From the IMG/VR virus record IMGVR_UViG_3300009161_000023, positions 64,001 through 128,000 of that record: a stretch of 64,000 nucleotides of DNA. One strand, written 5' to 3'. The translations under genes were made by a program, and so were the position numbers. The DNA comes from a virus. Below, piece by piece: positions 46,222 to 56,706 of the stretch; within the stretch, counting starts at the first letter, position 1, and each line of letters opens with the position of its first letter. Below the pieces are notes generated by a model that was given only the letters and a program-made list of their open reading frames with translations, did no database searches and was not told the origin of the DNA.

Positions 46222-47132
46222 AATTTTAAATATTCTATTAGACTTTCTTTGTTTATATATGTAGCAAAATTAAAAGTTTTTTCTAAACCATGGTGAAAAA
46301 TATTTAAATTATTATTTTTTTTCTTTAACCAGAATACCATAGAGTCAATAATTGATTCCGATAATTTATTTTGTTGATATTGATAATGCAATTCATTGTT
46401 GTGTAAAATAGTTGCAGGTCTTTCTTTTTCAAAAGCCTCAGAACAATAAAGTAAAAATATATTTTTTGCATTACAATAATAACAATAATTAATTGCAGCA
46501 CAAATTGGATTTCTATAATCATCTAAATGTTTTGAATCATCATTTTTAACACTTGGATTGTAGTTTTCTAATGGAGTTGGATTGTAAAAATTTATATTTT
46601 TATATTTATAATAATCAATAAATTTATTATAAACCCTAGTGCTTAATAAACAATTTGGATAAAATTTATTACTAATATTGTTTAAGCATTCTTGAAAAGG
46701 ATTGTTTTCAACAAACAAATCAGGTAAAACTTTTATATTATTCCATTTTTTCAAAGAGTTATTAGTTAAAATAATAAATTTTTTATTAATGTTTATTTTT
46801 TCTAAAATGTTTTCTATGTTATTAAAACCAAAACCATCTGAGACTATTATTACATTTTTTTGACTTAAATCTTTTGGTTCAAATCTTGGAATGTTTGAAC
46901 CAATGTTTTTATTATCATTTTCAATGAAGAATTTTATTTCATCATCTTTATAAAGTTTATTAATATCAATTGGTCTTGCATGTGGCAAAGTAAAATTTCT
47001 TACCCATATATTTTTTTCTACATAAATATATTGATTGCCATTTTTATGATTTTTTATTGTTAAATTTTTATCTTTATTTTCTAGGAGGACACGGTATGAT
47101 TGCAAAACAGGGGAGGTCTTCGGCATTTTCAT
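46218..47132 (-). CDS. Maf/MptE-like (DUF115-type) sugar-transferase-fold protein
   Basis: NVIIVSDG, ILTNNS, PDLFV, NPICAAINYCYYCNAKNIFLL mirror the GPS, xN.A, PD.. and A..LA..MG...I.L motifs, with substitutions. Confidence 0.45.
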   Translation of the reverse strand: MKMPKTSPVLQSYRVLLENKDKNLTIKNHKNGNQYIYVEKNIWVRNFTLPHARPIDINKLYKDDEIKFFIENDNKNIGSNIPRFEPKDLSQKNVIIVSDGFGFNNIENILEKININKKFIILTNNSLKKWNNIKVLPDLFVENNPFQECLNNISNKFYPNCLLSTRVYNKFIDYYKYKNINFYNPTPLENYNPSVKNDDSKHLDDYRNPICAAINYCYYCNAKNIFLLYCSEAFEKERPATILHNNELHYQYQQNKLSESIIDSMVFWLKKKNNNLNIFHHGLEKTFNFATYINKESLIEYLKL

Positions 47133-50100
47133 CTCCAGTTAATTTCTTGTAATCAATCTCAACTTTTACTTCTATAGGTGATCCCTTGTAAACCATTTCA
47201 ATCTCTGGATTGTCAGGCATACTTAATTTTATTTCACTTGGAATTGAACCAATAAGTTCAATGTAATCTGGTATGCCTGTTACACTTATACTTGTTGGCA
47301 TGTTTTCAAAGTCAACTTTAATAGTTTTAGGAATTTCAATATCACTATGTAACTTAATAATTGAAGGTAAATTTTCACTGTTAATTTTAATAAATTCTGG
47401 AATTGAACCAGCATCAATGTTAATTTTTTCTGGTATGTTATGATTAATGTTAATTTCATTAGGTATTTGTTGATTAAATATTACATTAATATCTTTAATT
47501 TCTGGAACAATAACTGAAATATATTCTGGTATATCATGCAAAACCATAATATCGTTAATTTCAGGAACAACAAGCTTAATTTCATCTGGAATACCAACAA
47601 AATCATAATTAACTTCCATTCCTAATTCATCGTAGTAACCTTGTCCATTGTCACTAGGAGAAATATTTGTTTTCCCAGAGTTTAAAGCTGCTGACACAGC
47701 ATTCGAAGGACATACAACTCTTACTATACATGAAACAATAGGAGGAGTTCCCCAATCAACAGAAATTCTTGGTGGTCTACCATAATCTAAACTTATATTT
47801 GGAGGATTATCAAATTTAATAATTAATGATGGTGGTTTTCCAAAAGGTATTGGTGCAAATGATGGTGGCTTATCAAATCCAACTTTTGAAAATGAAGGAG
47901 GCGTATCAAAACTTACTTTTCCAAGTGAAGGTTTATCAAATCCAACTTTTGGAAACGAAGGTATATTTTCAAAACTTACCACAATCTTTGGCACTGGCCC
48001 AAAACTTATAAATCCAAATGATGGAGGTTCACAGAAGCTTATACATTCAAATGATGGAGGAGAACCAAAACTTATTAAAAAATTAGATGGTGTACAAAAA
48101 CTAATACATGGAATCTTTACACAAACACTTATGCAAGGCATCACAGAAGGAATTAAAAAGCTAATTGGTGGTATTAATGGTATATTGGAAACAAAACTAA
48201 TTGGTGGTATTTTTGGCGGGGGACAAATGCTAATACAACTAATAATAGGAACATTACAAAAACTTATACAGGGAGGAGTTGACCAACTTACAATTAAAGA
48301 TGGAGCCTTTTCAAATCTTATTTTTTCAAAGCTTGGTGGCTTTTCAAAACTAATAATATTTGGCAATGAAGGTATATTGCAGAAACTTATACATTTAGGA
48401 AAACTTGGTACATTAATAAAACTAATAGGTGTAAAACTTGGTGCATCACAAAAACTAACGCATGGAAACGATGGTGGCTTACAGAAGCTTATGCATGGAA
48501 ACGATGGTGCTTTTGTAAAACTAATAATATTTGGCAGTGAAGGTACATTGCAGAAACTTATACATTGAGGGAAGCTTGGCACATTACAGAAGCTTATACA
48601 TGCAAACGATGGTGCTTTTGCAAAGCTAATAATATTTGGCAGTGAAGGTACATTGCAGAAACTTATACATTGAGGGAAGCTTGGCACATTACAGAAGCTT
48701 ATACATGCAAACGATGGTGCTTTTGCAAAACTAATAATATTTGGCAATGAAGGTATATTGCAGAAACTTATACATTGAGGGAAGCTTGGCACATTACAGA
48801 AGCTTATACATGCAAATGATGGTGCTTTTGCAAAACTAATAACATTTGGCAATGAAGGTATATTGCAGAAACTTATACACTTAGGAAAACTTGGAACATT
48901 ACAGAAGCTTATGCATGTAAACGATGGTGCTTTTGCAAAACTAATAACATTTGGTAGTGAAGGTACATTGCAGAAACTTATGCACTTAGGAAAACTTGGT
49001 ACATTACGGAAACTTATAGCACTTGGTATACTTGGTAAGTTAACAAAACTTATAGATTTTGGTAAACTTGGTAAGTTAACAAAACTTATAGACTTGGGTA
49101 AACTTGGTACATTTACAAAACTTATAGACTTGGGTAAACTTGGTACATTTACAAAACTTATAGTGCAAAAACTTGGCACATTAACAAAACTTATAGTGCA
49201 AAAACTTGGCACATTAACAAAACTAATTGCTGGAAAACTTGGTGGTTTTTTAAAACTAATTGCTGGAAAACTTGGGGTTCTATCAAAACTAATCTTTGGA
49301 AAAGATGGTGGCTTTGCAAAACTAATAACTTTAGGGAAACTTGGTACATTAACAAAACTTATAGACTTAGGGAAACTTGGCAGATTAACAAAACTTATAG
49401 ATTTAGGGAAGCTTGGCACATTAACAAAACTTATAGACTTAGGAAAACTTGGTACATTTACAAAACTTATAGATTTAGGGAAACTTGGGACATTAACAAA
49501 ACTTATAGATTTAGGGAAACTTGGTACATTAACAAAACTTATAGCTCTACAAAAGCTTGGTATATTAACAAAACTAATCGGTGGAAACGATGGTGGCTTC
49601 GTAAAACTAATTGGTGCAAAAGATGGTGGTCTTGTAAAACTCAACTTTGGAAAACTTGGCGGTCTATCAAAGCTTATCTTTATAAACGATGGCGGTCTAT
49701 CAAAACTTATCTTTGGAAAAGATGGCGGTCTATCAAAACTAATCTTTGGAAAGCTTGGTGGTCTATCAAAACTAATCTTTGGAAAAGATGCTGGCTTTCC
49801 AAAGCTAATCTTTGGAAAACTTGGTGGTTTATCAAAACTAATCTTTGGAAAAGATGGCGGTCTTGCAAAACTCAACTTTGGAAAACTTGGTGGTTTATCA
49901 AAACTAATCTTTGGAAAAGATGGCGGTCTTGTAAAACTCAATTTTGGAAAAGATGGTATTGTAAAACTAATTGGTGGAAAAGTTGGTGGTCTTGTAAAAC
50001 TAATTGGTGCAAAACTTGGTGGTTTTCCAATGCTTATTTCTGGGAACTTTGGAGGACAAATACTAATACAAAATTTTGGAGGACAAATACTAATACAAAA

Positions 50101-51321
50101 ACTTGGAGGAAATAATTTAATTCCATCATTTGGATTAAATTTAATATTTATAACAGATGGAATACAAGGAAAAAAACAACTAATTGGTGGAATATTAGAT
50201 GGAGGAATAATCGTTATTACACTTGGAATATAATTTCCAATTGGTGGAATAACTACACTAATAATGCTAGGTATTGGTTCGGTAGGAATAATTAGTATTG
50301 TAGATGGAACATTAATAGGACTAAATTCAATTAATGACGGAATAGTATTTAGTGGGCCAAAATTAATTTGACTTGGTATTGGAGGAACAACTGATATGAT
50401 AGAAGGTATATTTATATTTGGAATACCAATATCAAAATTAGGAAATATTATAGGTGGAAGATTAATTATTGCATCTGGAACTTGAGGAATTGTAATATCT
50501 AAAGGAGGTAAGGCAGGACATTCAGGAATTTGAATAAATACTGGCTCTGGTGCTACTGGCAAAGTAGGTTCATTTGCATTATTTCTTATCGTTGGAGTTT
50601 GAACTATATTACAGTTATTTGTTTCTACATTAACAACTGGATCTATTTGAACAGATGTTGCATATAAATGCGTACCAGTTAATTCATTTGTAGTAGAAGT
50701 TCCATCGCCAAAATCAATTTTAAAATTTTTATAACCACCTATAATTTTTAAATTGTAACTTATAACAGTTCCGCTATTTGGATCTTTGCTTAATGTAATG
50801 ACAGAAAAATTTACATCTGGACATCCATAATCATCAAATATAGGAGGTGTATTGAATAAGTTTCTTATTTTCCAATCTAAAGTTTTTTGATCCTCATCAA
50901 AATCAATTCCAATAAAATTTTCAATATTTACAATTGCTTGAGCTAATTGATTGTGATGCTCAGCTACAACAAGACCTCTAATTGATACACCAGCTAAGTT
51001 ATAGCGAGTTGGCTTGCCACCTATATTCCTGATACAGTCTTTTAAAGCTACAACTTTTCCTGTTTGATAATCTTTATCAACTCTTCTGTAATAAAGAAGT
51101 TCACCTTCTATAGTTGCAAATCCATTATCTGGCCAAGGATCTTCAATTAAATTAGTATTTTTATAACCTTCAATATAAATTATTTCAGACCAAGCTTCAT
51201 TATCTACAACAAGAAATGACTCGGTAGTATTATGTACCTTGTATAAAGTATAATCAGAATCTATTCCTAAAGGATAGATTGGTTGTGGTATGAAGTTTTG
51301 TTCTTTGTCTATACTTTCCAA
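47074..51321 (-). CDS. Giant repetitive fibre-like protein (1415 aa): AEHHN domain, PKD domain, Pro-rich repeats
   Basis: N-terminal domain shared with the two upstream genes; IDFGDG PKD motif; about 800 aa of 11-12-aa repeats. Confidence 0.85.
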   Translation of the reverse strand: MESIDKEQNFIPQPIYPLGIDSDYTLYKVHNTTESFLVVDNEAWSEIIYIEGYKNTNLIEDPWPDNGFATIEGELLYYRRVDKDYQTGKVVALKDCIRNIGGKPTRYNLAGVSIRGLVVAEHHNQLAQAIVNIENFIGIDFDEDQKTLDWKIRNLFNTPPIFDDYGCPDVNFSVITLSKDPNSGTVISYNLKIIGGYKNFKIDFGDGTSTTNELTGTHLYATSVQIDPVVNVETNNCNIVQTPTIRNNANEPTLPVAPEPVFIQIPECPALPPLDITIPQVPDAIINLPPIIFPNFDIGIPNINIPSIISVVPPIPSQINFGPLNTIPSLIEFSPINVPSTILIIPTEPIPSIISVVIPPIGNYIPSVITIIPPSNIPPISCFFPCIPSVINIKFNPNDGIKLFPPSFCISICPPKFCISICPPKFPEISIGKPPSFAPISFTRPPTFPPISFTIPSFPKLSFTRPPSFPKISFDKPPSFPKLSFARPPSFPKISFDKPPSFPKISFGKPASFPKISFDRPPSFPKISFDRPPSFPKISFDRPPSFIKISFDRPPSFPKLSFTRPPSFAPISFTKPPSFPPISFVNIPSFCRAISFVNVPSFPKSISFVNVPSFPKSISFVNVPSFPKSISFVNVPSFPKSISFVNLPSFPKSISFVNVPSFPKVISFAKPPSFPKISFDRTPSFPAISFKKPPSFPAISFVNVPSFCTISFVNVPSFCTISFVNVPSLPKSISFVNVPSLPKSISFVNLPSLPKSISFVNLPSIPSAISFRNVPSFPKCISFCNVPSLPNVISFAKAPSFTCISFCNVPSFPKCISFCNIPSLPNVISFAKAPSFACISFCNVPSFPQCISFCNIPSLPNIISFAKAPSFACISFCNVPSFPQCISFCNVPSLPNIISFAKAPSFACISFCNVPSFPQCISFCNVPSLPNIISFTKAPSFPCISFCKPPSFPCVSFCDAPSFTPISFINVPSFPKCISFCNIPSLPNIISFEKPPSFEKIRFEKAPSLIVSWSTPPCISFCNVPIISCISICPPPKIPPISFVSNIPLIPPISFLIPSVMPCISVCVKIPCISFCTPSNFLISFGSPPSFECISFCEPPSFGFISFGPVPKIVVSFENIPSFPKVGFDKPSLGKVSFDTPPSFSKVGFDKPPSFAPIPFGKPPSLIIKFDNPPNISLDYGRPPRISVDWGTPPIVSCIVRVVCPSNAVSAALNSGKTNISPSDNGQGYYDELGMEVNYDFVGIPDEIKLVVPEINDIMVLHDIPEYISVIVPEIKDINVIFNQQIPNEININHNIPEKINIDAGSIPEFIKINSENLPSIIKLHSDIEIPKTIKVDFENMPTSISVTGIPDYIELIGSIPSEIKLSMPDNPEIEMVYKGSPIEVKVEIDYKKLTGDENAEDLPCFAIIPCPPRK
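47735..50110. repeat. Degenerate 33/36-nt coding repeats with a 105-nt higher-order unit
   Basis: The ctaata anchor recurs at 48521, 48626, 48731, 48836 and 48941 (105-nt period). Confidence 0.9.
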
Positions 51322-51340
51322 TTATTTACTTTCTTCTAAC

Positions 51341-51376
51341 AATAAAGTATATATTAATAAAGTATATATTAATAAA
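51341..51376. promoter_or_regulatory. Tandem 15-nt duplication carrying two TATATA motifs
   Basis: aataaagtatatatt x2 plus aataaa, upstream of the 51321 start. Confidence 0.5.
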
Positions 51377-53609
51377 TTCCCATAAACCATTGCTTTAATA
51401 TTGGTCTTTGATATAATTTACTAAAAGTAAGTTCTAAATTATTGAATTTAACCATACTGTTTTGACTGTAATCATAACTTAAGTACGCAAAATGATCATA
51501 ATTTGATGTTCCTATTAGTGAATTTGATTCTTTATCAAAGCCAGAAGTTGTTTTATCTTGTAAGCTTCTAAAGCTTAAGCTGCTGTTATTACCAGCAACA
51601 TACCATGTGTTTGAACTATCTTCGTAAATTGAAATATTACTTGAATTATTAAAAAAGAATAATCCATTACTCATTGTCAAAAATTGACCTTCTTTATAAT
51701 TAGAATTTGGTAAATCTTGTAATTTTTTAATTGCTATAAAAGGATTACTTGTGCTTCCTATTGTACAATATAAGCTAGAAATTAATATTTCGGTTCCAAT
51801 TAAAGTATTTCTTAAAAAATACCCAGTTTCATTTTTCCAAGTCGATCTATACAAAGAAAAATTACCTGTTATTGTTTTACCACTTTGATTATAAACAGAT
51901 TCATTTTGTTTCAAGTCAATAGCGTTTGCTTGAAATGCATGATCGTTAAAGTCATTAATAGAAACGGTTTTTGAAGCTAAGTTATAAGTTTGTAATTTAG
52001 TTTTTGTTGGTGAAATATAAGCACCATAACCAGAGCTTGTCATACCAAGCATAAAATACGCATTAGATTGTGTGTTTAGAAACAACCAATTATAAGGTCT
52101 TTGAAAAGAATTTTCTGTTTTGTATGTTTTTTCAAATCCATTAAATGTTTTTACATATACTTGCTCGGTGTTTGGTTGATTTTCTTTACTTCTACCAGAT
52201 GCCCAGAATAAAAATGAATCACCTCCATCGCCACTTGTTGATAAGCCAGAAGAACAAAATCCTATATTTCTTTTAAATTCATATTTTTGCACTTCAGAGT
52301 TTGGTTCATTTTCTAAAAAATCGTCATTTGTATTTAATTTTAAAGAATTAGATTGTGGGGCTTTATAGGTTTCAGATATTAAACCAAATTCAGCAGCTTG
52401 AACTTCATCTGTACCAGCTATTATATTGTTTAATTTTTCTTTATATAGCCAATGCCATAAATTAACATTTTCTACAATGTCTATAACATTTTTTTTATTA
52501 GTTATTCTGAAAGATCCTGATTCTGTATCGCATCTAATAATAGCATTGTATACACCACCAGTCTCAAAAAGAGCATTAGTAGATTTTGAATTTGCATGAG
52601 ATATGTCATCTGATAATTCCCAAGCATATAAAACTACAGGATCTATTGGTTTTCCTTGACTGTTTACTTCTTCTCCTGAAAAAGTCTTACCAGTTTCTTG
52701 ATTTATACCATTTGGAATTTTTAAATACAAAACACTATTTGCAGAAGCTCTTATTTTTGAATTTAAGTCACCAGAAGTAATTTGATTTCCTTTTGGATCA
52801 AAAGAAATAACTGCTTCATCTGGTGCTGGATATCTTGAATTAATTAAATTTTTAAAAGTTAATTCATCTTCACCAAATTTATTAATTATTTTAAAGGTAA
52901 CAGTATAATTACCAGGTGTTTCATAAGTTTTTTCAATAGTTTGATTAGTGTTAGTAGTTTCTTTTGAATTATTTAAATATTCAAATGTTCTTATATCTCC
53001 ATCTCCAAAATTCCAAATTGTTTTAATATTATTATTTGCATTATCTGTTGCTAATCTAAAACTTAAATCAGTAAAGGTTATTTTTAGAGGTATGATTCCT
53101 TCTCTTATGTCTGCTTGGAACCATGCTTTTGGTTTTAAGGCAATTCTCCTCAAATAATTAATTCTTGCTTCTACTGAACCAGTTTTTGGAATATTTACTC
53201 TATCATTTCTTACACCAGTAAATTTTTCAATTTCAATTAATGCATCTTTAATATTATTATGATGTTCTGCAACTACATTCAAAGTAATGTTTGTTACTTT
53301 TCCTAGTTTTTTTACATCTGGGAAACCATCTAATAATTCAATATCTAAAAATGTTTGTGTTGCATTATCTTTTAAGCCATAATAGAAACTTATTCCTCTT
53401 TCATCTAAATCAGAACATTGGTCAGTCAATGTAATTATTCCACTTGCTGGGAAAAAAGACATTTCATCTGTAGTGGCGTTTGCATAAATGATTTTATCTT
53501 TTGGATTATAATCTTTTAGCAAAGGAATTCTTAATGAATCTTTAACAGAAAATAAATTTGTATCAGTATCTAAAATGTTTGGATATGTAATTTTTATTTG
53601 GTTTAGCAT
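51369..53609 (-). CDS. PKD-domain virion protein (AEHHN family)
   Basis: VAEHHNNIKDALIEIE; WNFGDG, YETPGNYTVTFKI (PKD); C-terminal beta-rich region. Confidence 0.8.
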   Translation of the reverse strand: MLNQIKITYPNILDTDTNLFSVKDSLRIPLLKDYNPKDKIIYANATTDEMSFFPASGIITLTDQCSDLDERGISFYYGLKDNATQTFLDIELLDGFPDVKKLGKVTNITLNVVAEHHNNIKDALIEIEKFTGVRNDRVNIPKTGSVEARINYLRRIALKPKAWFQADIREGIIPLKITFTDLSFRLATDNANNNIKTIWNFGDGDIRTFEYLNNSKETTNTNQTIEKTYETPGNYTVTFKIINKFGEDELTFKNLINSRYPAPDEAVISFDPKGNQITSGDLNSKIRASANSVLYLKIPNGINQETGKTFSGEEVNSQGKPIDPVVLYAWELSDDISHANSKSTNALFETGGVYNAIIRCDTESGSFRITNKKNVIDIVENVNLWHWLYKEKLNNIIAGTDEVQAAEFGLISETYKAPQSNSLKLNTNDDFLENEPNSEVQKYEFKRNIGFCSSGLSTSGDGGDSFLFWASGRSKENQPNTEQVYVKTFNGFEKTYKTENSFQRPYNWLFLNTQSNAYFMLGMTSSGYGAYISPTKTKLQTYNLASKTVSINDFNDHAFQANAIDLKQNESVYNQSGKTITGNFSLYRSTWKNETGYFLRNTLIGTEILISSLYCTIGSTSNPFIAIKKLQDLPNSNYKEGQFLTMSNGLFFFNNSSNISIYEDSSNTWYVAGNNSSLSFRSLQDKTTSGFDKESNSLIGTSNYDHFAYLSYDYSQNSMVKFNNLELTFSKLYQRPILKQWFMGIY

Positions 53610-53616
53610 ATTTGTT

Positions 53617-54642
53617 TTATCCTACTACTAATATATCTTGTAAAAATACTTTTTTAACATTTTGTGTTTCAAATGTGTCAATAATAAATGGTTTATATTC
53701 ACCTGGCTCATCATAAATATGTTTTACCGTATGTATATTTGGATCACTTATAATTTTATCTTTGCCGTCACCAAAAACAAAAAATCTATTAAGTATATTG
53801 CCGTCAGTCTGATCTACAAAATTATATTCAGTTGGATTTAAATTATTTTTCATTGCTGTTTTTTTAGATATTCCGCCAAACCTTGGCAAAATATAAAACA
53901 AAGGAATTCCATTTTCATTATTTGAATTAATATAATTAGATTTTGTTACTATTCCTTGACCGCCTAATTCATTAATAACATTTAATTGAATAGTAAAAAT
54001 TCCTTCACGAATGTAAGTGTGTTCTGGAGATTCTTCTATAGAAGTAGTATTATCTCCAAAATCCCAAAAATACTTACTATTATTTCCTATTGTAAAGTTC
54101 TTAAATTTAACTGTAAAAGGTGGTTTCCCAATTACTGGAAATCCTCTAAAGATAGGTTTTGGACTTAAAATATCATTTTCTAATGTCTTCAATATTCCAT
54201 TCAAAGAATTTTCTAAAGGAAAGTCTTTTTCTCCAAGTTTATTTTCAATTTTTAAAACAGCATCTTTAACAGCATTATGATGTTCTGCAAAAACACCAGA
54301 TGTTACAGTTGTTCCTTTTGGCCATACTGTAGCTCTTGTATTTTGAAATCCTCTGATAACATTGAGGATTGTATTTCCTTCTTTTTTAAAGTAATATATT
54401 AATTCACTAATGCCATCTTTACTTGAAAGATTTCCTACTTTTAAAATTCCTTGAATTGGAAAGTTAGTAGCATCTTCTAAGTTAATTATTTTTGTATTAA
54501 GACTTATCCCAATTAGTAGTTTAGTCTCAGATAAATTCCTTGCCTCGTATAAGGTAGTAGAAGAATCTATAATTGTTGGAAAACCTGATAGATTCCCAGT
54601 TAAATAGTTTTCATCGTAAGAAGATGCTTTTTGAAAATACAT
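53617..54642 (-). CDS. PKD-domain virion protein (AEHHN family)
   Basis: FAEHHNAVKDAVLKIE; two PKD repeats (WDFGDN..HTYIREG; VFGDG..HIYDEPG). Confidence 0.85.
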   Translation of the reverse strand: MYFQKASSYDENYLTGNLSGFPTIIDSSTTLYEARNLSETKLLIGISLNTKIINLEDATNFPIQGILKVGNLSSKDGISELIYYFKKEGNTILNVIRGFQNTRATVWPKGTTVTSGVFAEHHNAVKDAVLKIENKLGEKDFPLENSLNGILKTLENDILSPKPIFRGFPVIGKPPFTVKFKNFTIGNNSKYFWDFGDNTTSIEESPEHTYIREGIFTIQLNVINELGGQGIVTKSNYINSNNENGIPLFYILPRFGGISKKTAMKNNLNPTEYNFVDQTDGNILNRFFVFGDGKDKIISDPNIHTVKHIYDEPGEYKPFIIDTFETQNVKKVFLQDILVVG

Positions 54643-54667
54643 AATGTTCCTGTTTAAATATTTATGA

Positions 54668-55324
54668 TTATTGCATTAATTTATTTACTTCTTTGTTTTG
54701 GTTATTAGAAATATTATTTTGAATTTCATCTAATGCACTTGTAAGTTGTTTTTTTACAATAGAAATATCTGGTAATGCTAAAATTGTTTTACATAACTCT
54801 AAATCTGTAGGAATGTTAAGTAAAAATCTTAAATTCAAGTCATTCCCTAGCTTAGCTGACCAATATTGATTTTGAGATTCAACATCATCAAAAGATTTAA
54901 GTTTTTCTACCTTTTCAATTTCCATAAATGTTTTAACGAAAAAATCTAATTCTTCATTTACACTTTTTAATTTATCGTTGATTTTTTTAAAAACAAAATC
55001 TTTTCTATCATAATTTCTTATCATTTTCTTTAATTTTATTTCTAATATCTTTCTTTTGTATGTACATGATTCTTTTTCAATTAAGGTTTTATATCTATCT
55101 ATTTTTAAAGATAATATTTCATAATTCTCTTCAGAAATTAAAATTTCTTCTTTGTAAGAATCTACTGTTTCTATTCTTGCGTTAATTTCTCTTGTGCATT
55201 GCCATAGCTTAGATTGTAAAGTAGGTTCTTTTCCTACTATGAAGTGATTTAATTGAAAAAATGAATGTCTTTCTTTTAAATCTGAATTATTAATAATTTC
55301 TTTTGCTTTTTCAATTAGTTCCAT
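54668..55324 (-). CDS. Coiled-coil hypothetical protein
   Basis: AAAGGA SD before ATG 55324 (track start 55369); SFFQL.HF, long coil, QYWSAKL. Confidence 0.75.
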   Translation of the reverse strand: MELIEKAKEIINNSDLKERHSFFQLNHFIVGKEPTLQSKLWQCTREINARIETVDSYKEEILISEENYEILSLKIDRYKTLIEKESCTYKRKILEIKLKKMIRNYDRKDFVFKKINDKLKSVNEELDFFVKTFMEIEKVEKLKSFDDVESQNQYWSAKLGNDLNLRFLLNIPTDLELCKTILALPDISIVKKQLTSALDEIQNNISNNQNKEVNKLMQ

Positions 55325-55332
55325 GTTTTCCT

Positions 55333-55857
55333 TTAAATTTTTATGCCTACAACAGCTTTTAATTTGCATCCTTCAATTGATGCATTATATCCCCATGATA
55401 ATTTAATAATATCTAAATGGTTATCTTTTCCAAAACCACCTACTTTATTATAAGTGTTTTTATTTATTAATAAACCATTTAAAGGATTTTTTACAAATTC
55501 ATAAATTCTATTTTTAACTGGGAAGATTATATCTTTTTCATTTAGAACAAAAATAGATAACTTTTTAATAAGATGCTTTGTTAAATATGTACCTGCTTGA
55601 ACTAAAAAACACCATTCTGTTTTACAGTTTCTTAAAGCAATATCATAATTTTCTAAAATTTGAAAACTATCAGAATGATAAATATCATATTCCTGACCTT
55701 TGTTGTAATAATCAAATTTTAAATCATTAGTTATTAATATTTTTTTATAATTTGTATAAAAATCATAATAATGCCTTAGTGTTTCATTTATTTTATTTGT
55801 ATCTCTATCAATTGCTACAATTGCCATAGAAACATTAAGCTCTTTTGGCTCATACAT
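55333..55857 (-). CDS. Degenerate GT2-like protein
   Basis: YDIALRNCKTEWCFLVQAG and GLLINK..YNKVGGFG follow the GT-A pattern, but DxD is replaced by QAG. Confidence 0.5.
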   Translation of the reverse strand: MYEPKELNVSMAIVAIDRDTNKINETLRHYYDFYTNYKKILITNDLKFDYYNKGQEYDIYHSDSFQILENYDIALRNCKTEWCFLVQAGTYLTKHLIKKLSIFVLNEKDIIFPVKNRIYEFVKNPLNGLLINKNTYNKVGGFGKDNHLDIIKLSWGYNASIEGCKLKAVVGIKI

Positions 55858-55878
55858 AATAAAACCCTTTTAAATAAA

Positions 55879-56676
55879 CTATTCTGCCAAGGAAACATCA
55901 AAATCTATTTTAATTATGTCATATTGTGAAATAGAATTCAATAATTGAAATGAAATTAAATCATCATTTAATGAAAATTTATTTTTATGCCATTTACTAT
56001 TTGTATTTGGATTAGCTGGAGGAACAAAAACTTCGAAATCTGAAAATATCTGAACGCCATTTATGAAAACTCTTAAAGTATTATTCATTATCTGCTTAGA
56101 TAAACTCGTAGTGTAGTTTTTATAATCAGATCCTAAAAAAGATGGTTTAGGAGTTACACCATAATAATGAATATGGGCACTTTCTAAAGGATAATTTAAA
56201 TCGGCAGTAAGATTATTAGGAGCATCAAATCTCCATTTTAACGATGAAGAATTTTTTAATTCTAATATTCCTGTTTGAAAGAAAATACCACTGCTAATAC
56301 TTGGAATATTAATATTCAAAGATAAATAATTTGCACCTTCTTGAATTTGAGCTAATTTATTTCTCTCGTCAAGCTTCATTCTTATGTAGCTTATTTCATT
56401 ATAAATTCCATCTTCGTGATAACCAATATTATGTAAAGAAATATCAACCGCAGTTGGCTTTAAATCTCCATTACTAGTTAAAGATTGATTTAATCTAGCA
56501 GCTAAGTCTATTCTTGAACCAATTGAATTTTCTAAAACACCAGTGTTGAAATCAACTGCATCATTTAAAACTTCTTGTCTTTTAATTAATGCTGCAATAG
56601 GTAAATTATCATAAATATAATGATAAGGCTGTAAAGCTTCATAAGATGGAACTGTGATATTATTAATATTTGGCAT
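55879..56676 (-). CDS. Putative virion structural protein
   Basis: In the baseplate/fibre block; N-terminal coil, C-terminal LRVFINGVQ beta domain. Confidence 0.7.
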   Translation of the reverse strand: MPNINNITVPSYEALQPYHYIYDNLPIAALIKRQEVLNDAVDFNTGVLENSIGSRIDLAARLNQSLTSNGDLKPTAVDISLHNIGYHEDGIYNEISYIRMKLDERNKLAQIQEGANYLSLNINIPSISSGIFFQTGILELKNSSSLKWRFDAPNNLTADLNYPLESAHIHYYGVTPKPSFLGSDYKNYTTSLSKQIMNNTLRVFINGVQIFSDFEVFVPPANPNTNSKWHKNKFSLNDDLISFQLLNSISQYDIIKIDFDVSLAE

Positions 56677-56706
56677 ATTTTTATATATATTTTAAAATTT
56701 ATTTTA

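Noticed and set aside
48131-50233. Long antisense ORFs (145 and 456 aa, KLG..KLI repeats)
   Set aside because: Stop-free by-product of the repeat codons on the minus strand. It is broken by TGA wherever the sense repeat has Gln, and it lacks an RBS.
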